From assembly GCF_934525195.1 (NCBI RefSeq), contig NZ_CAKSZA010000001.1:64952-128951 (forward strand): a stretch of 64,000 bases of DNA, read 5' to 3'. Of this stretch, positions 1 through 8,610 are shown piece by piece (positions within the stretch are counted from its first letter, which is position 1; every line of letters starts with the position of its first letter). The notes below the pieces were generated by a model. The model was not told the origin of the DNA. It did no database searches and saw only the letters and a program-made list of their open reading frames with translations. This DNA comes from an uncultured Eubacterium sp. Lineage in GTDB: Bacteria; Bacillota; Clostridia; Oscillospirales; Acutalibacteraceae. A program made the position numbers and the translations under genes.

Positions 1-822
1 CACTGACATTACCTGTTTTGACGGCAATTGCATTGGTGGCGGTCATACCCGTTCCCGCATCGCCCTCGGGAGGTGCCATCGGAACACCGTGTTCAAGATT
101 GCCCGACGGGTCAATGATCCTTGCACCCTCTTGGGTAAGAACACCGGCATTTTCACCTGCCACAAGAACCTTTGGCAAAATCTGAACAATATCAATACCA
201 AGCTCCTTGACTTTTGGAAGAGCATTGAATTTTTCTGTCATTTGAGAATTATAATCATTAACGGTGCTGTCTATAGGGAACATACCCGATGCTTCGCCGA
301 CACCGACAACTTTTTGCCCCGACAGTTTGTAGTGAACATATCCTGCAAGAGTTGTGAGAAAATCGATATTCTTTGTGTGCTTTTCTCCATTGAGTATAGC
401 TTGATACAGATGGGCAACACTCCATCTTTGCGGAATGTTGAAACCGAAAAGTTCGGTAAGTTCCTTTGCCGATTCGCCCGTAATCGTATTGCGCCAAGTC
501 CTGAATTCGCAAAGTTGATTGCCGTCTTTATCAAACGGAAGATACCCGTGCATCATTGCGGAAAAGCCGAGAGAAGCAAGCTTTGTAATTTTTGCTCCGA
601 ACTTACTTTCACAATCATCATTAAGGTCTTTATAAGCATCTTGAAGCCCTGACCAAACATCATCAAGGCTGTAAGTCCAAACGCCGTTTACAAGTTTGTT
701 TTCCCAAGTATGAGAACCTGAGGCAATCGGGTTAAAATTTTTATCAATAAGCACCGCTTTAATTCGGGTTGAGCCAAATTCTATACCCAAAGATTCAGTA
801 CCGTCAAGCGTATAATTCATCA
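1..822 (-). CDS. FGGY-family carbohydrate kinase (xylulokinase-like), N-terminal part; the gene runs off the left edge of the window
   Basis: Absent from the ORF track because it is open to position 1. Manual translation from the ATG at 820-822 (AGGAGA RBS just upstream) gives [26 protein letters not shown]...[15 protein letters not shown]...[16 protein letters not shown] with no stops. These are sugar-kinase/actin-fold phosphate motifs. Confidence 0.65.
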
Positions 823-892
823 AAAGTTATCTCCTAAATTAAGATATAATTATTATACAAAAACGCAAATTATAATTCAATATAATATTTAA

Positions 893-1420
893 TTATTTTA
901 GATATTTTTCGACTTTTTTCTTTAATTTTATTCTGTAAAGTTTCAACAGCAGACCGTAAAGCTTGTCAAACACGGTAAACACGAGGTTTAGGCAAACAAT
1001 AAAGAGGACTATTCCCCACTTTCCGAGCATATCGTCAAACGGAATCCCAAACACATAAACGCACAAAACCTGAGTGAGAATCATTGAAGCATTAAAGGTG
1101 AAATATTTTAGAAGTATTGACAAAAATTTTGGCTTTATATCGTTGATTTTATCTCTAATTAGTGGATAATAACCAAAAAACAGCACATACAAAAGCAAAC
1201 ATTCCTTATCGCTCAACAATATGAACGAAACAGCGGATGTTGCAACATAAGTCAGCAATGCACATTTTTGCGAAATTGAGTCTAAAAGTATAATCATAAT
1301 AAGACTCGCAATTAAAGGCATTGTATATCCGAGCACCCATATCAGCGAACCTAAAAACAACATAACGACCGACAAAGCGGTGGCTACACCCGAATAGGCA
1401 ATCAACCTTGAGTTTTTCAA
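893..1420 (-). CDS. Polytopic membrane protein of unknown function (possibly ECF S-component-like)
   Basis: The ORF 893..1474 is hydrophobic throughout. The preferred start is the TTG at 1420, preceded by GGGGTG, giving LKNSRLIAYSGVATAL... The family assignment is uncertain. Confidence 0.5.
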   Translation of the reverse strand: MKNSRLIAYSGVATALSVVMLFLGSLIWVLGYTMPLIASLIMIILLDSISQKCALLTYVATSAVSFILLSDKECLLLYVLFFGYYPLIRDKINDIKPKFLSILLKYFTFNASMILTQVLCVYVFGIPFDDMLGKWGIVLFIVCLNLVFTVFDKLYGLLLKLYRIKLKKKVEKYLK

Positions 1421-1540
1421 ATTATCACCCCATAAATGCAGTATGATAAATATTATATCAAATAAAACCGACAAGTTGTGAATTAATCGTAAACATTATT
1501 ACTAAATTTTAAATATTTGCTTTTAATTATATGAGAGGTA

Positions 1541-1569
1541 TTTACAAAGAGGGCAAAAATCATTATAAT
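1541..1569 (+). promoter_or_regulatory. Sigma-A-type promoter for the lipoprotein gene
   Basis: TTTACA (1541-1546), a 17-nt spacer, then TATAAT (1564-1569), about 30 nt upstream of the RBS and ATG at 1599. Confidence 0.5.
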
Positions 1570-1598
1570 TTAGTTAATGAAAAACAAGAGGTGTTTAA

Positions 1599-2528
1599 AT
1601 GAAAAAAGCAATAGCCGTGGTTCTTGCAACCACAATAGCTGTTTCGGTGGCAATGATAGGTTGCTCCAAGGGACAAAAAAAAGAAGAAGATACTACATCA
1701 ACAACGGTTGACGGACTCATAGGCAACGAGGACACATACGAAATCGTTGAAGAGAAAGTTACAAACGAAAAAGGCGAAGCTGTTACAGACAAAAACGGAA
1801 ACGCCGTAACCACTCAGGTTATGTACAAAGAAACAACCGACAAAAAAGGCAACAAAGTCAATGTTAAGATTGACGACGACGGTGAAGTTGTGACAGACAA
1901 AAACCACAAGCCTGTTACGTCAAAACCAAAGCCAACAACCACAACTACAACAACAAAGGCGCCTCAATCAACAGAGCCGACAAGCGAAGTAACAACAGTC
2001 CCTTTGGAGGATGACAACGTTCCAAAAATCAATGACAAAACCAAACCGGCAGAATTTAACGACTCTGAAAAGCAAATTGTAAAATCAATGCTTGAAGTTC
2101 CAAATCTCTTCAAATCAAACTACGAAAACAAAGATGGCGTACCGATTGAAGCAGCAAGACACGCCGCTGTTTGGATGGCTCAAAGAGAAAAACTCAACAC
2201 AAGCACTTATGCATCGGGCACTATTGTTCTTGGACTTTTCAAGTTTTACGGTCAAACCGTAGTTAACTTTAAAAACAACTGCGGAAGCACTCCTGAAATT
2301 ACATATAACTCAAAAGAAGATACCTTCACAATTAAAAAGGCTGAAAATGAAGTGCAAACAGTTACTATTGAAAAAGTTGAGGAATATGCCCAAAAGAACA
2401 ACAATAACTACTACAAAATTACAGGTAGTGTTTCAGGTTGCAGCAAAAAGAAAGTAGTTGCAGTTGTTCAAAAAAACAAACTTGACAATTCATTAGGCTT
2501 CAGCATCAAAGCTATGAGATGGTCATAA
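1599..2528 (+). CDS. Lipoprotein of unknown function with a Thr-rich linker
   Basis: Signal peptide plus lipobox (AMIGC), a PKPTTTTTTTKAP linker, GAGGTG RBS, and a terminator downstream. Confidence 0.8.
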   Translation: MKKAIAVVLATTIAVSVAMIGCSKGQKKEEDTTSTTVDGLIGNEDTYEIVEEKVTNEKGEAVTDKNGNAVTTQVMYKETTDKKGNKVNVKIDDDGEVVTDKNHKPVTSKPKPTTTTTTTKAPQSTEPTSEVTTVPLEDDNVPKINDKTKPAEFNDSEKQIVKSMLEVPNLFKSNYENKDGVPIEAARHAAVWMAQREKLNTSTYASGTIVLGLFKFYGQTVVNFKNNCGSTPEITYNSKEDTFTIKKAENEVQTVTIEKVEEYAQKNNNNYYKITGSVSGCSKKKVVAVVQKNKLDNSLGFSIKAMRWS

Positions 2529-2541
2529 ACTAAACAAACAT

Positions 2542-2573
2542 AACCCCGTAGAGAAATCTGCGGGGTTGTTTTT
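2542..2573 (+). terminator. Rho-independent terminator
   Basis: aaccccg / cggggtt stem (7 bp) followed by a T-run. Confidence 0.7.
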
Positions 2574-2635
2574 ATACTCAATCAACATACTGCAAAAAGC
2601 CTCTCATGCCGAAGTGACACGAGAGGTTTTGCTAA

Positions 2636-3088
2636 TTAATATAATTTTTCGCCGTTTTCGATAGCCATAATTTGGTCAATCCTTGTTTGATGTCTGCCAC
2701 CCTCAAATTTTGTGTTGATAAATACATCAACAAGTTCAAGTGCTGTACCCTCACCGATTACACGAGCACCCATGCAAAGGCAGTTTGCATCGTTGTGAAG
2801 TCGGGTATACTTTGCACTGAAATAATCGCTGCAACAGCAAGCTCTGATACCCTTTACCTTATTGGCAGCCATAGAAATGCCAACACCTGTGCCACAACAA
2901 AGAATTGCCATATCGGCTTCACCCGCAGACACTTTATCACAAGCGATTTGAGCCGAAACGGCATAATCAAATCTTTCAGGAGAATAACAACCTACATCGA
3001 TATAGTCAATCCCCTTTTCTTCAAAATGAGCACGAATAGCCTCTTTGAGCGGAAATCCTGCGTGGTCTGAACCTAAAACTACTGTCAT
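2636..3088 (-). CDS. rpiB: Ribose-5-phosphate isomerase B (RpiB/LacAB family)
   Basis: MTVVLGSDHAGFPLK..., CGTGVGISMAANK, about 150 aa, AGGAGA RBS. Confidence 0.9.
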   Translation of the reverse strand: MTVVLGSDHAGFPLKEAIRAHFEEKGIDYIDVGCYSPERFDYAVSAQIACDKVSAGEADMAILCCGTGVGISMAANKVKGIRACCCSDYFSAKYTRLHNDANCLCMGARVIGEGTALELVDVFINTKFEGGRHQTRIDQIMAIENGEKLY

Positions 3089-3099
3089 AATTATTCTCC

Positions 3100-3771
3100 T
3101 TATTTATTTAATTTAAGTTTCAATTCTCTTTCGGCTTGGCTCTGTCTTAAATAAACAGGCATAAGCACCTTTGGAGAAATCGGTTTTTTATTTTTCGCCG
3201 CTTTGGCAACGCCAACGGCATTTTGATAAATTCGGTCATCATCGGCAAGAATGCAATTTTCAAGTTCGATATTTTGGAAGCAAAGTTTTGCACCGTCACC
3301 TGCGATAATCACCTTGTCGTACTGTTTAAGGTCATTTCGCAAGTCCTCAATAGAAATTGCTCTATCGTCACAAAGACGCTCCACAGAGCCATTCTCGACC
3401 TTAAACACAGCATTATAAAACTGCATTCGTCTTGCATCCATAACAGCGCAAACAACAGCGTTTTCGTCAACAAAATTGTACGCTATAGCCTCCAATGTTG
3501 AAACGGAGAAGCAAGGAATGTTGTCATTAAACGCAAGACCTTTGACCGTTGCAACGCCGATACGAACGCCTGTGAACGAACCCGGACCTGCTGTGATTGC
3601 AATTCCGTCAAGTTCACCGTACTTGTGACCGTCCATAACTCTTGTAATCATAGGAAGCAATGTTTCGCTATGAGTGAGTCCCGAATTTACAAATTCACTT
3701 TTTATAATTTCATCGCCGTCAGTCAAAGCAACGGAAGCTGTGACGGCACTTGAATCCATTGATAAAAGCAT
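3100..3771 (-). CDS. tsaB: tRNA t6A37 biosynthesis protein TsaB
   Basis: GPGSFTGVRIGVATVKGLA motif. The start is taken at the internal ATG at 3771, which abuts the tsaE stop (3773-3775), rather than at the ORF-track start at 3831. Confidence 0.85.
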   Translation of the reverse strand: MLLSMDSSAVTASVALTDGDEIIKSEFVNSGLTHSETLLPMITRVMDGHKYGELDGIAITAGPGSFTGVRIGVATVKGLAFNDNIPCFSVSTLEAIAYNFVDENAVVCAVMDARRMQFYNAVFKVENGSVERLCDDRAISIEDLRNDLKQYDKVIIAGDGAKLCFQNIELENCILADDDRIYQNAVGVAKAAKNKKPISPKVLMPVYLRQSQAERELKLKLNK

Positions 3772-3772
3772 A

Positions 3773-4210
3773 TCAATCCTCGATATAATCTGATTTTGAT
3801 TTGAAAATAAACTTGCGAGTATTTTCATCAATTTTTTCTATTTCAATAATAATGGCATCGTCGGGCAGAGCACCGAAAATATTTTCGCTCCACTCGGCAA
3901 GAATGTAAGCATCTGTTTCGAGATAATCGAAAAAGCCTGTGGAATATAGGTCATCCCAACTTTCAACCCTATACATATCAAAATGATAGGCTCTTGCGTT
4001 TTCGCCGATATAATCGTTGCAAATTGCAAAAGTCGGTGATGACACATCGGCATTGATGCCAAGTCCTTTTACAAAGCCTGTTGTAAAGGCAGTTTTGCCC
4101 ATGCCGAGTCCGCCGACAAAGCCAATCACACTGCCCTTTGGCAAAGTTTTGGCATAATCGCTCGCCATAGCAAGCGTTTCTTCATAGCTGTGAGTAATAA
4201 CTTCTTTCAT
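3773..4210 (-). CDS. tsaE: tRNA t6A37 biosynthesis ATPase TsaE
   Basis: P-loop GGLGMGKTAFT, about 145 aa, and synteny with tsaB. Its start overlaps the fhs stop (ATGA). Confidence 0.9.
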   Translation of the reverse strand: MKEVITHSYEETLAMASDYAKTLPKGSVIGFVGGLGMGKTAFTTGFVKGLGINADVSSPTFAICNDYIGENARAYHFDMYRVESWDDLYSTGFFDYLETDAYILAEWSENIFGALPDDAIIIEIEKIDENTRKFIFKSKSDYIED

Positions 4211-5877
4211 CAGAAAAGACCTACCGTATCGCCGTTTTCGTCAATATCAATTCTATAAGCGGCAGGAGATTTTGAAAGTCCCGGCATAGTCATAATTGAG
4301 CCTGTTTGGCAAACAATGAAGCCTGCACCGTTTGAAAGTGTTGCACTTGAAACAGTAATTCTGAAGTTTTCAGGCTTGCCGAGAAGTTTTGGATTATCGG
4401 AAAGGCTATACTGTGTTTTTGCCATACACACAGGCATTTTGTCTGCGCCCAATTTTACAAAGCCGTCAATCGCATTTCTTGCTTCTTTTGTAAAATCAAC
4501 GCCGTCTGCACCATATATTTCTTTTGCTATTGTTTCAATCTTTTCATAAACAGGCATATCAAGGTCATAAAGGCAGTGGAAGTTATTTTCCTTTTCGCAA
4601 GCCTCAACAACCTTTTGAGCAAGTTGGGTTCCGCCTTTGCCACCCTCGGCAAAGCATTTGGTTACTGCAAAATCAGCGCCCTTTTCCTTGCAATACTGTT
4701 CGATATAATCAATTTCTGCCTGGGTATCGGCATAAAAATGATTGATTGCAACAACAACGGGAACACCGAATTTTTTGAGGTTATCAATATGAGCACCAAG
4801 GTTTACGCTGCCCTTTTTGAGTGCTTCAAGATTTTCTTCCTTGAGGTCGTCCTTTGCAACTCCGCCGTTATACTTCATTGAACGAACTGTTGAAACCAAG
4901 ACGATACAAGACGGAGCTAAGCCGGCGAAACGGCACTTAATATCCATAAACTTTTCAGCACCGAGGTCTGAACCGAAGCCCGCTTCGGTAATTGTATAAT
5001 CCGCAAGTTTGAGTGCAGTCTTTGTTGCACGAACAGAGTTACAGCCGTGTGCAATATTTGCAAACGGACCGCCGTGCATAATTGCAGGAGTATTCTCAAG
5101 AGTTTGCACAAGGTTTGGCTTGATGGCTTCCTTGAGGAGAACGGTCATAGCACCGTTTGCCTTGATGTCCTTGCAATAAACAGGCTGACCGTCAAATGTG
5201 TAAGCGACAAGAATATTGCCGAGCCTTTCCCTTAAATCAAACAAATCGGAGGCAAGGCAAAGGATTGCCATAACCTCGCTTGCAACGGTAATACAAAAAT
5301 GGTCCTCACGAGGAATACCGTTAAGTTTTCCGCCGAGCGAATTGATAATATTACGAAGTGCACGGTCGTTCATATCAAGGCAACGCTTAACCTGAATTCT
5401 TCTTGGGTCAATATTGAGTTCATTACCCTGCTGAATAGAATTGTCAAGCATTGCACACATCAAGTTGTTTGCCGATGTGATTGCGTGCATATCGCCTGTG
5501 AAATGAAGATTGATATCCTCCATAGGCACAACCTGCGAATATCCGCCGCCTGCTGCACCGCCTTTAATACCGAAAACAGGACCGAGTGACGGCTCACGAA
5601 GTGCGATAATCGCTTTTTTGCCGATTTGACTCATAGCTTCGCCGAGACCGATAGAAACCGTTGTTTTGCCCTCACCTGCCGGTGTCGGATTAACTGCGGT
5701 TACAAGAATGAGTTTGCCGTCCTTTTTATCTTTTAATCGTTCCATAACAGAATCGGATATTTTTGCTTTATAGTGACCGTAAGGGTCTATTTCATCAGAC
5801 GAAATGCCGAGAGAAGCGGCAATTTCGTTAATGTCCTTCATTTTTGCGTTTTGAGCAATTTCAATATCTGTGAGCAT
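4210..5877 (-). CDS. fhs: Formate--tetrahydrofolate ligase
   Basis: 555 aa with [10 protein letters not shown], typical FTHFS length and conserved blocks. Confidence 0.97.
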   Translation of the reverse strand: MLTDIEIAQNAKMKDINEIAASLGISSDEIDPYGHYKAKISDSVMERLKDKKDGKLILVTAVNPTPAGEGKTTVSIGLGEAMSQIGKKAIIALREPSLGPVFGIKGGAAGGGYSQVVPMEDINLHFTGDMHAITSANNLMCAMLDNSIQQGNELNIDPRRIQVKRCLDMNDRALRNIINSLGGKLNGIPREDHFCITVASEVMAILCLASDLFDLRERLGNILVAYTFDGQPVYCKDIKANGAMTVLLKEAIKPNLVQTLENTPAIMHGGPFANIAHGCNSVRATKTALKLADYTITEAGFGSDLGAEKFMDIKCRFAGLAPSCIVLVSTVRSMKYNGGVAKDDLKEENLEALKKGSVNLGAHIDNLKKFGVPVVVAINHFYADTQAEIDYIEQYCKEKGADFAVTKCFAEGGKGGTQLAQKVVEACEKENNFHCLYDLDMPVYEKIETIAKEIYGADGVDFTKEARNAIDGFVKLGADKMPVCMAKTQYSLSDNPKLLGKPENFRITVSSATLSNGAGFIVCQTGSIMTMPGLSKSPAAYRIDIDENGDTVGLF

Positions 5878-6017
5878 AGGTTATCTCTCCATATTTATTA
5901 GTGCAATATATTATAACACATATTGCAAAACATTCCAACATAAAAATTTATTATTTATATTGAAAAATAGGAGAATACATAATATAATAAATATATTACT
6001 GCGAAAGGAGGATTGCG

Positions 6018-7199
6018 ATGGCAACCACGGCAGTTGATTCAAACAGACTAAAACAAAAAAACTCAATATGGACGCTGATTAAAGGTACGGACTTTGTTAC
6101 AATGCTCACGGCACTTTCGGCATCAATCTACGGACTTATGCTTGTGTACAGCGCATCGTATTCTTCGCTTTCAGGCGGACGAGTTATATCAAGCGATGTC
6201 AGGTCAATGCTTGTTTCGATTATAATCGGCTTTGTTATTTCTATTGCAGTTTCAAACATCGACTATGATGTTATTTCAAAGCTATGGCCGATTATCGCCG
6301 CAGGCTGTGTCGGACTGATGATTTTTACATTCTTCTTTGGCGTTGCACCCGAAGCACGACCCGATTCAAAATGTTGGATTGACCTCAAAGTTTTTTATTT
6401 CCAACCGTCGGAGCTATTAAAAGTAGGATTCATCATTTCGTTTTCCTACCATCTTGATTTGGTCAGAGATAAAATAAACAAGCTGAAAACGATTATTCCG
6501 CTTGTTATCCACGGTGCAATCCCTGTCGGTCTTGTTCTCCTTACGGGTGACGCAGGCTCGGCACTTATCTTCCTCGTTATGTTCATCGGTATGCTGTTCC
6601 TGTCAAGGGTTAATATCGGCTACTTCATTGCAGGCTTTTGTGCGATATTCGTTGGTTTTGCGGTTGCTTGGAAAACGGGCATAATTGACGGTATTCAAAG
6701 GCAGAGAATCGTTGCTTTGTTCTACCCCGAACAATACGCAGACGCTATGTATCAGCAAACAAACGGCAAAATCGCAATGGGCTCGGGCGGACTTTTCGGA
6801 CAAGGCTTTTTGCACGGAAATATGACGCAGAGCGGTGCGGTTCCCGTTAACGAAAGTGATATGGTGCTTACCGTTGCAGGTGAAGAATTTGGATTTGTCG
6901 GCACAATGGCAGCTCTGCTGATTTTGTTCTTCCTTGTTTTGAGAGTTATCAAAATCGCAATGAACGCAAGAGATAATGTTGGATATTTGATGTGCGGAGG
7001 CATTGCTGTTATGCTGTTTGCACAGATACTCGTTAATGTCGGCATGGAGTTGTCGCTTTTGCCTTGTATCGGTATCACGCTTCCGTTGTTCTCGGCAGGC
7101 GGTTCAAGTTCATTGTGTATTTATTTGGCGCTCGGAATTGAATATTCAGTGTACAGATTTTCACGGACGCCGAGAGAAACATTGTTCTATACAAAATAA
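6018..7199 (+). CDS. FtsW/RodA/SpoVE-family peptidoglycan glycosyltransferase (SEDS)
   Basis: 393 aa, about 10 TM segments, SEDS-type blocks (GEEFGF.G, LPLFSAGGSS), AAGGAGG RBS. Confidence 0.85.
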   Translation: MATTAVDSNRLKQKNSIWTLIKGTDFVTMLTALSASIYGLMLVYSASYSSLSGGRVISSDVRSMLVSIIIGFVISIAVSNIDYDVISKLWPIIAAGCVGLMIFTFFFGVAPEARPDSKCWIDLKVFYFQPSELLKVGFIISFSYHLDLVRDKINKLKTIIPLVIHGAIPVGLVLLTGDAGSALIFLVMFIGMLFLSRVNIGYFIAGFCAIFVGFAVAWKTGIIDGIQRQRIVALFYPEQYADAMYQQTNGKIAMGSGGLFGQGFLHGNMTQSGAVPVNESDMVLTVAGEEFGFVGTMAALLILFFLVLRVIKIAMNARDNVGYLMCGGIAVMLFAQILVNVGMELSLLPCIGITLPLFSAGGSSSLCIYLALGIEYSVYRFSRTPRETLFYTK

Positions 7200-7236
7200 A
7201 AATGACTCTACGATATTTCGGTATCGTAGAGTTTTT
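7199..7236. repeat. Direct repeat copy 1 (38 bp, identical to 8493..8530); contains the rodA terminator hairpin
   Basis: aaaatgactctacgatatttcggtatcgtagagttttt occurs identically at both loci. Weaker similarity continues about 100-190 bp to the right. Confidence 0.9.
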
Positions 7237-7238
7237 TT
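7206..7238 (+). terminator. Rho-independent terminator of the SEDS gene
   Basis: 9-bp stem ctctacgat/atcgtagag followed by T7. Confidence 0.8.
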
Positions 7239-7524
7239 GTTTGTATTTGCCTGCGGGAGGATAATATCCTCCCCTACAGTTATTAAGCTTTGCTTTTAAT
7301 ATGCAAAGTAGTGTGCAACTTCATCGTAGTACCCTACTTTTTCTACGCAATCTATACACAAAGTACAGACAGTATTCCTTACAATAAGTGAAGCCTTAAC
7401 AAAACTATTTATTTTGTTTTTACAGCTTTTTTGGGTGACCATTTACCATAATAAGTTTTATTTGAACCATTAATGTTGACTGTTTTATATGTACGAATAC
7501 GAACATAATAATTCTTTTTTGATT

Positions 7525-8190
7525 TTAAACTTTTGATTTTTTTGACGAAGAACTGCTTGAAAGATTAATTGTTTTTGCAGATTTCATATTTTTATTTGTA
7601 CTGTATTGAAGTTGATAGCCTGATACATCAGAACACTTTGAATAATATATTTTTAATAACTTTTTTCCGGGTTTTGTTTTAGAAATATTTGCATTAGGGA
7701 AAACCGGATTATACTTTAATTCAATATCATAAGTTCCGGTTAAATAACTAGCACTATAACCGTCACCATAATTATATACAAGAAAATAATTTCCCTTTTT
7801 TAGCGAAATTGTATTATTACTAAAATATATACCTCTGCCAGAATCAAATTTATATGAAGGTTTATAATAATCTGCTATATACGAAGAAGTATCATTTTCA
7901 TTATATAAATATATTGTTGGCCAATAAAAATAATCGTCATCATCAGTTTCAATATGAATTGTCACATTTCCATTTTCCGAAACATTAAATTTAAAAGCAT
8001 CCGCATACCCATTATTCTTATATGCATCTGAAGCTTTACTATAACTTTCCGAGAACACAGTATCCAGCTCAACAGTTTGTGCCATATCTATCCAACCGGC
8101 GGCATATGCAGATAAATTGCAAACTGAAAATGATGATATGCACATTATTGTTGCCATAATTACGCTTAATAAATTTTTTGTTTTTTTCAT
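7525..8190 (-). CDS. Secreted protein with a PPC-like beta-sandwich region; the reading frame is interrupted at a poly(A) tract (see findings)
   Basis: Signal peptide MKKTKNLLSVIMATIMCISSFSVCNLSAYAA. The ORF stops at 7525, but the -1 frame continues to 7409 and encodes the expected end of the C-terminal module (NYYVRIRTYKTV...YYGKWSPKK). Confidence 0.7.
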   Translation of the reverse strand: MKKTKNLLSVIMATIMCISSFSVCNLSAYAAGWIDMAQTVELDTVFSESYSKASDAYKNNGYADAFKFNVSENGNVTIHIETDDDDYFYWPTIYLYNENDTSSYIADYYKPSYKFDSGRGIYFSNNTISLKKGNYFLVYNYGDGYSASYLTGTYDIELKYNPVFPNANISKTKPGKKLLKIYYSKCSDVSGYQLQYSTNKNMKSAKTINLSSSSSSKKSKV

Positions 8191-8222
8191 AAAAATTCTC
8201 CTTTATGTTTTTTCTTATATTA

Positions 8223-8256
8223 TAGGTCAATTTCACCATATTGTCAATAGGTCAAT
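8223..8256. promoter_or_regulatory. Candidate operator: two direct TAGGTCAAT repeats in the divergent promoter region
   Basis: TAGGTCAAT at 8223-8231 and 8248-8256, plus a related TTGTCAAT at 8241-8248, between the divergent secreted-protein and XRE genes. Confidence 0.3.
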
Positions 8257-8283
8257 ATGACATAATAATTATGAGGTGATTAT

Positions 8284-8499
8284 ATGTCAAGACTTAAGGA
8301 TTTAAGGAAATCAAAAGGATTTACACAAGTAAAAATGCAAATGCTTACAGGAATTGATCAAAGCGATTATTCTAAAATAGAAAACGAAAAAAGATATTAT
8401 ACCTTTGAGCAATGCAGAAAGATTGCCATTGCACTAAACACAAGCATGGATTACCTTGCAGGATTAACCGACGATCCAAAGCCGTATAAAAGAAAATGA
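8284..8499 (+). CDS. XRE-family helix-turn-helix transcriptional regulator
   Basis: 71 aa; LRKSKGFTQVKMQMLTGIDQSDYSKIENEKR is a typical HTH_3 pattern. Its stop codon lies inside repeat copy 2. Confidence 0.85.
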   Translation: MSRLKDLRKSKGFTQVKMQMLTGIDQSDYSKIENEKRYYTFEQCRKIAIALNTSMDYLAGLTDDPKPYKRK

Positions 8500-8530
8500 C
8501 TCTACGATATTTCGGTATCGTAGAGTTTTT
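8493..8530. repeat. Direct repeat copy 2 (38 bp, identical to 7199..7236); also a terminator hairpin
   Basis: Same 38-mer as copy 1. The hairpin at 8500-8525 is followed by T5. Confidence 0.9.
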
Positions 8531-8610
8531 GTTTGTGCGTAGGGGCAAACTGTGTTCGCCTACAGTATTAAGAATAGCTTTTCACCCTCAGTCTGCATAC
8601 AAGAGAAGCC

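Noticed and set aside
43-652. Several 60-187-aa ORFs from the track at the left edge.
   Set aside because: All are out of frame with, or antisense to, the uninterrupted FGGY-kinase reading frame (1-822, minus strand), which has a clear RBS, start codon and family motifs.
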